From Methanotrichaceae archaeon (lineage in GTDB: Archaea > Halobacteriota > Methanosarcinia > Methanotrichales > Methanotrichaceae), in the NCBI GenBank assembly GCA_963803145.1, contig CAWDLW010000002.1:1-31958 (forward strand): a stretch of DNA of 31,958 bases, read 5' to 3'. Under the pieces are notes generated by a model. The model saw nothing but the letters and a program-made list of their open reading frames with translations. It ran no database searches and was not told where the DNA came from. A program made the translations under genes and the position numbers. This document shows, one piece after another, positions 1 through 8,943 of the stretch (the stretch's first letter is position 1; every line of letters starts with the position of its first letter).

Positions 1-124
1 TCTTCAAAAATTCAGTTCCGACTAAAACCATTGCTACGGTCTTAATTTGGGCATAACGCAGACTGCAGTTGCATTCGCTGGCTCAAGGAATATCTATAAT
101 AGGGTTTATCACAATTTTTAGGCC

Positions 125-1101
125 ATGAAGATAGTTGTGGCAGATCCAGTACCTATGAATGAAAAATACAAGCGAAAGCTTGGAACCTTTGGGGAGCTGG
201 AAGTATTCGATGGCATGCCTGCATCAGCTAATGATTATGCTGAAAGGGTTAAGGACGCAGAGATACTTTTAGTGGGAAAGGACTTCGTCTCTCGTGATGT
301 ATTCCAGCATGCAGGCAACTTAAAGATGATTTGCGTTTGTCATACAGGCTATGACAATGTCGATCTGGAGGCTGCCACAGCTCGCGGCATAATAGTCTCT
401 AACGTCCCTAATTATGCCTCTGAAGCAGTGGCTGAGTTCGTTTTTGCCGTTGCTCTGGATCTCTTGAGGAAGATTGAGGTCGCTGATGTCATGGCGCATA
501 AAGGTGAGTTCGATGACCACTACTATGTCCATAACCGACTTTTGGCTGGCAAGACCATCGGAGTAATTGGCGCTGGGGATATCGGCAGGAGAGTGATGCA
601 AATTGCCCACACATTCAACATGAATGTGATTTCAACAACGGCACACCCAAGCTCTGAAAGAGAAGCGGAACTGGGAGTGAGGTTCGTGCCACTGGATAAC
701 CTTCTGACAGAGAGTGATATAATAACTTTGCATGTTCCTCTATCACCAAAGACTAAGCATATGATAGACATCCGAGAGCTGAAGCTGCTGAAACCGACTG
801 CAATCCTGATAAACACCTCCCGGGGTAAAATCATTAACGAGGATGCACTAATAGAAATACTCCGGAATGAAGCGATAGCTGGGGCTGCTCTGGACGTCTT
901 TGAGAAGGAGACTTTAAAGGCGGACAGCCCTATGATGAAGCTAGAAAATCTTGTCCTTACACCTCATATAGCCTATTTATCTGAAGAGACTACAGATAAG
1001 TGTGCTAGTATTGTTAGGAAAGCGTGGAGATGTTTCTGAAAGGCAATCCTCAGAACGTGGTTAATCCCGGTGTGCTTGGGAAGGGACAGCAGCAAAGCTG
1101 A
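125..1101 (+). CDS. D-isomer-specific 2-hydroxyacid dehydrogenase (glycerate/phosphoglycerate DH-like); frameshift near 1013-1022
   Basis: Motifs GYDNVD, GVIGAGDIG, LHVPL, INTSRG, ALDVF, LTPHIA. The track ORF ends at 1039, but another frame from 1021 reads SVEMFLKGNPQNVVNPGVLGKGQQQS* (TGA 1099-1101), the usual family C-terminus. Confidence 0.88.
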
Positions 1102-1131
1102 TTGGCACTATCAGACATCTAGCATCATGCT

Positions 1132-1153
1132 AAGAGAGGATGACTCCTCTCTT
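1132..1153. terminator. Hairpin between convergent genes
   Basis: AAGAGAGGA-TGAC-TCCTCTCTT, perfect 9-bp stem between the two stop codons. Confidence 0.4.
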
Positions 1154-1164
1154 TCAAAACACCC

Positions 1165-1675
1165 TTACTCCTTCATTGCAGCCATATAGTAATCGTAAAC
1201 CCTTCTGTTAAAGCAGACAACTGTCATCTCAATTGAGCCGTTCCTATCCAGAAATGCTCTCATCTCCCTGACAGCAATCTTGGATGCGCGCTCAGTGGGA
1301 AACCCATAGGCCCCAGTGCTGATAGAGGGAAATGCTATGCTTTTTATCCCGTGCTTTTCCCGCCAGATCAAAGCAGCTTCTGTAGCATTTGGCAAGAAGC
1401 CCATCCTCCCCACGGTTCCTGCCATGCCAGATAGGTCCAACTGTGTGAATTACCAAGCCCGCAGGCAGCCTGTAGCCCTTTGTAATCCTTGCCTCGCCTG
1501 TTGGACAGCCTCCGAGCTTTCGACACACCTCAAGAAGCTCAGGCCCTGCTGCACGGTGGATCGCGCCATCAACGCCTCCGCCGCCGAGAAGCGAGCTATT
1601 GGCGGCGTTCACTATGGCATCCACGCTCATAGTAGTAATATCGCCCATTACTACTGCAATTGTGCCTTTGCCCAC
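1165..1675 (-). pseudogene. Macro-domain protein (O-acetyl-ADP-ribose deacetylase, YmdB-like), split by a frameshift at ~1355-1361
   Basis: ORF 1292-1675 has [32 protein letters not shown]; ORF 1165-1440 supplies [15 protein letters not shown]. Removing one base in the TTTTCCC run joins them. Confidence 0.85.
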
Positions 1676-2021
1676 CGAAGGTTATTCATATCCCTAAATT
1701 ATATGCCCCAGATAAAAGGTTTTCTTATCATACTATTTCCCTATTACCGCTCTTCCAGGGAGCTTTTAACTACTTATATTATGAAAATGCTATCTCATTT
1801 TATTAAAAATAGTAATTCGCACTTTGAATAGGACATGCACAAATTATGCCTTTGGATATCGTTTAAATAACTTCAATTGTATAGGGTATGGATGAATCGG
1901 GCAGTGGTGAGGATGCTTCTCTTATTGAAAGACATATCATTTTTTTGGACTATATATATTGCATAATTTCAACAGTTAAATTTATATATGTGTAAGCGCT
2001 TATAAATATTGGGGTAATAAA

Positions 2022-2437
2022 GTGGTTGAAGGGAGCTTTAAACAGCCACATATTTTACTTGCTGAAGACGATGCAACAAATCAAAAGTAGCGATGTTAAT
2101 GCTAAAACGTCTGGGCTACAATGCCGATGCCGTTTCTAATGGCCGCGAGGCTATCCAAGCCACTAAGCGCCAGAAATACGATCTTGTTCTTATGAATATA
2201 GTCATGCCTGAGATAGATGGTCTGGAAGCCACTAGAGAAATACGCAAGCTCGGCCAAAATGGGCTGAAGATAATAGCAATTACTGCATACGTTTTTCCAG
2301 GTGCCAGGGAGATGTGTATGGATGCGGGAATGGATGACTATATCCCCAAGCCTGTGAGGATCACTGATCTGGCTAATGCAATAGAAAAATGTAACCTATA
2401 TACCAGCAAATGTCCACAGATGCAAACTAACCACTGA
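2022..2437 (+). pseudogene. Stand-alone CheY-like receiver, frameshifted, phospho-acceptor Asp replaced by Asn
   Basis: GTG 2022 frame reads VVEGSFKQPHILLAEDDATNQK then TAG; adding one A to the run at 2083-2086 joins it to ORF 2093-2437 (DLVLMNIVMPEIDG, IIAITA, YIPKP). Confidence 0.8.
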
Positions 2438-2533
2438 AGCCATTATCATTTTTTTAGCATACGCAACATTTATAAAGAATAACGTTTCATTCTGATAAAT
2501 ACAAATGATCGCATAGTATGCGGTGAGGTTCTG

Positions 2534-2914
2534 ATGGGTTGTGCAGATAGCAAACGTTTATGCGTACTCCTTGCAGAGGATAACCTAGTTAACCAGAAAG
2601 TAACCCAAAAGATGCTTAGGCATCTAGGGTATAACTCAGATGTGGCTGCCAATGGCATTGAGGCATTGCGGGCCATGGAAAATCAATTTTACAAAATCAT
2701 TTTGATGGATATACAGATGCCTGAGATGGACGGCATAGAGGCGACTAAGATCATCCGTCAACGCTGGCCCGCAGGACCGAAGATTATAGCTATCACGGCC
2801 TATGCTCTGGATTACAGCAGAGAGACGTGCCTGGAAGCAGGCATGGATGACTATATTGCCAAGCCAGTGAAAATGGATGAGCTTGCTGATGTGCTGAGAA
2901 GACATCTGACATGA
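2534..2914 (+). CDS. Stand-alone response regulator receiver (CheY-like), intact
   Basis: LLAEDN, ILMDIQMPEMDG, IIAITA, DDYIAKP. Confidence 0.93.
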   Translation: MGCADSKRLCVLLAEDNLVNQKVTQKMLRHLGYNSDVAANGIEALRAMENQFYKIILMDIQMPEMDGIEATKIIRQRWPAGPKIIAITAYALDYSRETCLEAGMDDYIAKPVKMDELADVLRRHLT

Positions 2915-2972
2915 ATAAGCTCCTAAGCAAGCCTTAAAGATAAAAATGGGCATTTTCATTTTGGCCGATATC

Positions 2973-4130
2973 CTAATTGGATGCCATTCTGCGCATCAAG
3001 GCCATTATCCCTGGCTTCCCACTCCTGGCACTGGCAGGCCCCGGTCCAAGACCGAACATTTCCATGCCTGATGACCCAAATAGCTCCTTATTGAACCTGT
3101 CGTTTATCTCGTCAAATATCCTCTTGTAAGCGACGCAATGTGGGTCAACGCCTTTGATCTCACCATCGGTGGGGGCTATGGCATTGTAGGGACATCCGCC
3201 CCGACAGTACCTGATATGTTTGCATCCTTTGCACGCCTGATCAACATATTCCTTAAACTGGAACATGAGCTTCCATGCATAAGACTGAGCAAGGTCTTCC
3301 TTGCTTGGATGGTCGTGGACATTTCCCATAACATATTTGGGCATGCCTATGAAGCGATAGCATGGATATATACCGCCATCAGGCCCAACTGCAAAAGTGT
3401 TCCCCATACAATCCGCGTAGGTACAGACAGTGCCCCGGCCCGTGAATACGCATCTACATAGATCATTGATATTTCTGATTTCAATCCTGTCAATGTTCTC
3501 TAAATATTGATCAAGAAGATATACCAGCAATTCTCCATACTCTTTAGGATCAAGTGCCCATTTTTCGGGATTTTGGTCGCGTAAGGATGGCAATGCTGGA
3601 TGCAATTTAAGTGTTTGACCATTTTCCAGGAAATACTTGAAAATCTCCTCCTTGAACTTCACAGACTGTGATGTAAATGTGCAGATGAATTGTACCCTGA
3701 GGCCGTGGGCTTTTGCAATTTCATAGCCCCGCATGGTCTTTTCGTAATATCCTTTTCCTCTCTGTAGATCATTAAGCTCCTGTGGTCCGTCCAAGCTGGA
3801 ACCGATAGGAATATCATGCTCCGCAAGAACCTCCGCCAGCTCTGGTGTGAGCCTCCAAAGATTGGTTTGCAATGCAAAAGCGGGCTTTAGATGGCTTAAA
3901 TTCTCAGACAGCAGCGGTAAAGCTTTGCGATAGAAATCTGCACCTGCAAGGAGAGGTTCGCCGCCGTGAAACGTAAATGTAACTGAATCATTCCTGAAAT
4001 CCTTGAGCCATTCTACAACTTCGTTAATCGTATCAATGCTCATTATAGGAGATCGTTCCTCAGAACTCCAGCAGTAACTACAATGAGAAGGGCAGCCCAG
4101 AGTGGGGATGATCATAACGTGAAAAGGCAT
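2973..4130 (-). CDS. Radical SAM/SPASM enzyme, methanogen peptide-modifying type (TIGR04083-like)
   Basis: CPSHCSYC radical SAM motif, FHGGEPLL, SPASM cysteines (YPCYRF...CKGCKHIRYCRGGCP); N-terminus MPFHVMIIPTLGC recalled as typical of this family. Confidence 0.88.
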   Translation of the reverse strand: MPFHVMIIPTLGCPSHCSYCWSSEERSPIMSIDTINEVVEWLKDFRNDSVTFTFHGGEPLLAGADFYRKALPLLSENLSHLKPAFALQTNLWRLTPELAEVLAEHDIPIGSSLDGPQELNDLQRGKGYYEKTMRGYEIAKAHGLRVQFICTFTSQSVKFKEEIFKYFLENGQTLKLHPALPSLRDQNPEKWALDPKEYGELLVYLLDQYLENIDRIEIRNINDLCRCVFTGRGTVCTYADCMGNTFAVGPDGGIYPCYRFIGMPKYVMGNVHDHPSKEDLAQSYAWKLMFQFKEYVDQACKGCKHIRYCRGGCPYNAIAPTDGEIKGVDPHCVAYKRIFDEINDRFNKELFGSSGMEMFGLGPGPASARSGKPGIMALMRRMASN

Positions 4131-4291
4131 TTTAACTACACCTTTAGCTATACCTCTATTGACCTTCCCAGAACCATTAAAGCATTAATAGTTTTCCCGC
4201 AGCCTTTAGCATTAACACAAATAGAAAATTCATCCTGACCGCAATTTAGAAGTAGTCGAAATATGTTAATATAATTATTGAAGGTGATGTT

Positions 4292-4525
4292 ATGGCGACA
4301 AGGATTCTGAAGGTAGGGGAGAGTATTAGCGGTAAGTATGGGGGCATGATACTGGACCCAAATAAAAAATCCTTTATGTTAATGCTTGGGAACCATGAGA
4401 TATATCTGCCTAAGGATGTTGGAAATTCTCTGCTGAAGAGGTACGAACAGGGTCATGACACGTTCACGATCCATCGTACGATTGATGTTTACGAGATAAA
4501 GCCTGAGATAGGAAGGGAGGTATAA
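4292..4525 (+). CDS. Small hypothetical protein (77 aa)
   Basis: ATG preceded by AGGTGA Shine-Dalgarno and an AT-rich TATA-like stretch; protein-like composition. Confidence 0.65.
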   Translation: MATRILKVGESISGKYGGMILDPNKKSFMLMLGNHEIYLPKDVGNSLLKRYEQGHDTFTIHRTIDVYEIKPEIGREV

Positions 4526-4948
4526 CTGCATAAACGTGTGGTTTATTAGGCAGAGATGGCAGTCGTTTTTTGCTTACAGCTTGTCCTAAATAATTTTTTA
4601 GTTCCGTTTATGATGCCATTCTGAAACGTTGTCTTGCAACTCCAAAATCTCCCCCGAGGAGAAGTGGTCGATCATCCAAGTAGCACTTGAAGCCTGCATG
4701 GAATCATGTCTTAGGATATCGGAGGAATGTATGTCTTAATTACGCCTGAAGGATAGATCTCATATGATCTTAGCGATCCTAACAAGCAGAAAATTAGAAT
4801 TATGGCGAGCGGTCTGTAAATCATGGCCTCTCCATATAGCCCTACTATTTATTTAGACTGTGTTGGTTAGACCAGGAATATGCGTGGATATATACCCGCT
4901 CTATGTAGTTATAATGATAACTATTGCAATTATATGGTGGCAGGCCAA

Positions 4949-5743
4949 TCAGATAACAGCCTTCACCTTATCATAGCTGAACACAGGTCCATCCCGGCAC
5001 GCGTGATATGGTCCTATCATGCAGTGCTCGCATTTGCCAAGGCCGCACTTCATGTGCCTCTCCATTGAGACATAGATATCTGAATGGTTGAAACCGCGTT
5101 CCATCAGTTTTTTCGCAACGGCATTAATCATGATCGGCGGCCCACATATCGCCGCAGAGCCGGGGGGAAGCTCAAACCTGTCTATCAGCGATGTTACAAG
5201 CCCAACATTCCCCTTCCAGGATTCATCGCCGATATCTACTGTTATCCCAACCTCGACTCCAGCCTGCTGCCAGCTCTTATACTCCTGCATGAAGTAGAGG
5301 TCCTGGCGAGTCCGCGCTCCATACGCAACGGCAACCTTGCCGAACTCTTCACGCTTGTCTACAATGTAGTTGACCAACGAGCGCAATGTGGCAAAGCCGG
5401 AGCCTCCTCCGGCTATCACTATATCCTTCTTCATGCTTTCGAGCGGAAAGCCGTTGCCACATGGTCCTCTTATGCCTAATATGTCTCCGACAAGACAATC
5501 CATTATTCCGCTGGTGATTTTTCCTGCGCGTCTTATGCAGAGCTGCAGTGTTTTCCGGGTAGGCGAGGAGGTTATCGATATGGGACATTCGCCCAGGCCA
5601 AATACGGAGACCATAGCGAACTGGCCGGGCTTATAGCGGAACTCTGCACCCTCGTCCAATAGCTTGAGCGAGATGAGGTATGTGTTCGGCGACTCGATAT
5701 CTATATCCACGATCTCTGCCTGCATTGGAATGTATTCGCTCAC
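4949..5743 (-). CDS. FAD/NAD(P)-binding 2Fe-2S subunit (AsrB / sulfhydrogenase gamma / PyrK-like)
   Basis: PGQF, GIRGPCGNGF, AGGGSG, AICGPPIM, SMERHMKCGLGKCEHC, CRDGPVF. Likely GTG start at 5743 overlapping the corrected upstream stop. Confidence 0.88.
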   Translation of the reverse strand: MSEYIPMQAEIVDIDIESPNTYLISLKLLDEGAEFRYKPGQFAMVSVFGLGECPISITSSPTRKTLQLCIRRAGKITSGIMDCLVGDILGIRGPCGNGFPLESMKKDIVIAGGGSGFATLRSLVNYIVDKREEFGKVAVAYGARTRQDLYFMQEYKSWQQAGVEVGITVDIGDESWKGNVGLVTSLIDRFELPPGSAAICGPPIMINAVAKKLMERGFNHSDIYVSMERHMKCGLGKCEHCMIGPYHACRDGPVFSYDKVKAVI

Positions 5744-6727
5744 CTTGATACCTCCAGGTTCCATCTATCGATCTCTGCGAGGCATACAATGCCACATCTG
5801 CCCGCATCCAACACAGCCTACCATGCCTATCTTCTCGGGCAAATACTCAAACTTGTCCATGAACCAGTTCTGCATCCTCTCTCCCTGGCTCCTTCTGGGG
5901 TTAGCACCGCCAGCCATTCTTGAGAACCCAGAGAAAATGCAGGAGTCGCGGCATCTTACGCGCTCGCCATCTGGCACGCCGACATCTAAGATGTTAAAGC
6001 AATGGCAAACGGGGCAGATAAATGTACAGCCCCCACAGCTCAGGCACTGCCTGCCAATGGCGACCCAATCGGCATTCTTTATAGCCTTGCGTATCCCCTC
6101 AAGGGTCTGTTTCCTTGATTCAGCAACTCTTTTGGCATCATCCACCAGCTTACGCTTTTCAGATATCTGAGATTCTTCAGGCTGGTGAAAGAACTGGGGA
6201 TAATCCTTCAATATCAACATGCCCGCAGGCGATCCAGTCTCGATCAGATAGCCCGAGGGAAGTTCAGTCATAAGCAGGTCATAGCCCTCTTTGCATTCGG
6301 GGCCTGACCCCAGCTTTGCACATAAACACTTCTCATCTGGATTGATGCAGTTGAGCGCCACCACAATTGTAGATCTTCTTTTTTCCAAATACGCAATATC
6401 CTGCGGCTCGGAGCCGAATATTCTATCGAGTATTGAGATAGCTTTGAGATCGCAGGGCCTGATCCCAAAAAGCATCCTTGACTTTGGCGGCGGCTCTTCA
6501 AAGGTATATCTTCCACAGTCTTGTATGTACTTGAAGAGCGTCTCCTTTTGAGGCATGAGAAACTCCGTCGGAGGATAAAGTGTATTTTTATCGAGCGCAA
6601 GTTTTTGCCCGCTCCATGTGCCAAAAGAGGGCTCTCCCTCAATCATAATGGGCGCTATGATCTCAAGCTTCTCTCCGAGTTTAGAGAGCAGAGAGATAAG
6701 CTCATCCTTTGTAAGGAAGGCAATCAT
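5740..6727 (-). CDS. 4Fe-4S dicluster subunit (AsrA / sulfhydrogenase beta-like); frameshift at ~5801-5803
   Basis: FGIRPCD, CLSCGGCTFICPVCHCF, GCVGCG; removing one C at 5801-5803 restores GCVGCGRCGIVC...WNLEVSR* ending at TGA 5740-5742. Confidence 0.85.
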
Positions 6728-8757
6728 CGATCAGCCCTCCTTATCCTTGCAGCAGCTACCTTAAACTCAGGTATCTTAGATAAGGGATCAAGTGCCTGCG
6801 ATGTTAAGGCATTGGCAGGGGCCTCACTGAAATGGAACGGAATAAATAGCGTTTTCTCCGGGATATCAGGTGTAACTTTGGCATCCATATATAGATGCCC
6901 TCTTCGTGATTCGACAATAACTCTCTGGCCGTTTCTTATGCCCAGCTTCTCGGCATCATGCGGGTTGATCTCGACTGTGGGAAGAGGAATCTCCCTATCA
7001 AGAAGCGAGGTCCTGCGGGTCATTGTGCCCGTATGGAAGTGATAAAGGCTCCGTCCCGTTGTTAGAATGAAAGGATATTCATCGTCCGGAAGCTCCTGGG
7101 GATCGTGGTGCTCTACAGCCCTGAACCTTGCGAGACCAATTGGGAACAACTCTTTATGAAGTATTCCAGTCCCGGGATGGGCGCTGTCTGGACAGGGCCA
7201 CTGCAGACCGTTTATTCCCAGGCGATCGTAATGAACTCCGCCATAGTTTGGAGAAAGCGATGCGATCTCATCCATTATGTCGGCCGGGGATCTGTAATCC
7301 GCCTTAATGCCGAACCGTGTGAGAAGTTGGCTTATGATCTCCCATTCTGTCTTAGAATTGCCAACAGGTTCAACAGCTTTGCGCACCCTCTGGATTCGCC
7401 TCTCTGTGGAGGTAAATGTTCCATCCTTCTCTGCAAAGGATGCTGCAGGCAGCACAACATCTGCAAGCTCAGTTGTCTCGTTCGGAAATATATCAATAAC
7501 CGCCAGAAAATCAAGCTTCTTGAGTGCGTTTTTAACTTTACTGCTGTCAGGATAGCTCATTACAGGATTTTCGCCCACTATTAGAAGTCCCTTTAATTTG
7601 CCTTCTTCTGCGGCGGCCATCATCTCCAATGCCGTAAGACCTGGTTTGTCGGGCAGATCAGTCGACCATGCAGCCTCGAACTTCTTGCGGGCATCAGGGA
7701 CTGAGACCTTCTGGTACCCTGAGTAAAGATCAGGCAATGCACCCATATCGCATGCGCCCTGAACGTTCTGGTGGCCACGAAGGGGGTATAGTCCAGTTCC
7801 CTCGCGGCCTATATTTCCCGTTGCCAACACCAGATTTGCCAGCGCCTGAACATTATCGGTCCCTGTTGTGTGCTGGGTTATCCCCATTGCGTAAATTATA
7901 GCGGCATTCTTTGCTGAGCCGTATGCTTCTGCAGCCGCTCTTATTTTCTCTGCGGGTATGCCGGAGATTTGCTCTACAACCTCAGGCGTGTACTTTGAGA
8001 CGGCGTTACGCACTTCATCGAACCCTGTTGTTCTCTTTGAGATGAAATCCTCATCAATAAGACCATCTTGGATTATGATATTGAGAAGGGCGTTTATCCA
8101 GGCGATATCGCTCCCTGGTCTCGGAGAAATCCAGATATCTGCCATATCTGCTATCTGTGTTTTCCTGGGATCTGCTACGATTAGCTTTGCGCCTTTGGAC
8201 CTTGCCTCAAGAACATAAGAGGCAACAAGAGGATGCTGCCCAGTAGTATTTGATCCAACTATCAGTATTGCATCTGCCTTGGCGAGGCTTGATATAGGAT
8301 TGGTTGTTGCGCCGCTGCCGAAGGCATAGCTGAGCCCTGCAACAGTTGGAGCATGGCAGAGCCTCGCCACATGATCGACATTGTTCGTCTTGAAGGCTCC
8401 ACGCGCGAGCTTCATAAGCAGATAGTTCTCCTCGTTGGTGCCCTTGGCGGAGGTTAAAACACCCAATGAATCTGGGCCAAACTCATCTCGTAAGTGTTTT
8501 AACCGCTCGGCAATGAGATCTAATGCCTCATTCCAGCCTGCTTTGACGATTATGTCACCTTTCCTGATTAAGGGTATCCTAAGCCTATCAGGATGACCTA
8601 CAAACTCTCCTGCCAGCCAGCCTTTGATGCAAAGTCTTCCCTTGGAGAGGGGATGTGAATATGAGGGCGAAGCACCCACTATCCTATCATCCTCTACGTG
8701 GAGCAATACTCCGCAGCCACAACCGCAATAGGTACAAACGGTATGAACCTTCTTCAT
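6724..8757 (-). CDS. fdhA: Formate dehydrogenase alpha subunit (Mo/W-bis-PGD, Cys ligand)
   Basis: CTYCGCGC...LCIKG cluster motif, ARLCHAPT active-site Cys-His, PLRGHQNVQGACDMG, KIPEFK C-terminus; probable start MKKVHT at 8757. Confidence 0.92.
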   Translation of the reverse strand: MKKVHTVCTYCGCGCGVLLHVEDDRIVGASPSYSHPLSKGRLCIKGWLAGEFVGHPDRLRIPLIRKGDIIVKAGWNEALDLIAERLKHLRDEFGPDSLGVLTSAKGTNEENYLLMKLARGAFKTNNVDHVARLCHAPTVAGLSYAFGSGATTNPISSLAKADAILIVGSNTTGQHPLVASYVLEARSKGAKLIVADPRKTQIADMADIWISPRPGSDIAWINALLNIIIQDGLIDEDFISKRTTGFDEVRNAVSKYTPEVVEQISGIPAEKIRAAAEAYGSAKNAAIIYAMGITQHTTGTDNVQALANLVLATGNIGREGTGLYPLRGHQNVQGACDMGALPDLYSGYQKVSVPDARKKFEAAWSTDLPDKPGLTALEMMAAAEEGKLKGLLIVGENPVMSYPDSSKVKNALKKLDFLAVIDIFPNETTELADVVLPAASFAEKDGTFTSTERRIQRVRKAVEPVGNSKTEWEIISQLLTRFGIKADYRSPADIMDEIASLSPNYGGVHYDRLGINGLQWPCPDSAHPGTGILHKELFPIGLARFRAVEHHDPQELPDDEYPFILTTGRSLYHFHTGTMTRRTSLLDREIPLPTVEINPHDAEKLGIRNGQRVIVESRRGHLYMDAKVTPDIPEKTLFIPFHFSEAPANALTSQALDPLSKIPEFKVAAARIRRADR

Positions 8758-8943
8758 GAACGTCCAGGATAGACCTTTCCGCCATTTGATATAACAAAGT
8801 TTTGGACAGGATAGTTCTTGGGGCTGAATACACAAGATATTTATAGTTAATGTTAAATGGAGAGCATATACAAATAATAAAGTAAGCGCGTAAAAATATT
8901 TGCGCAGATATGGGATTCGCCTTTCCTTGGGAGTGGGAAAAGA

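Noticed and set aside
4721-4820. Short ORF with in-frame TAG (MYVLITPEG*ISYDL...) as possible pyrrolysine peptide or radical SAM precursor
   Set aside because: No pyl genes in the window, no recognisable motif, too short to support.
8300-8400. Selenocysteine in FdhA
   Set aside because: The active-site position is an ordinary Cys (ARLCH); no in-frame TGA.
8879-8894. AAAGTAAGCGCGTAAA similar to 14701-16 inside the MITE
   Set aside because: A single 16-bp AT-rich near match with no flanking similarity; may be chance.
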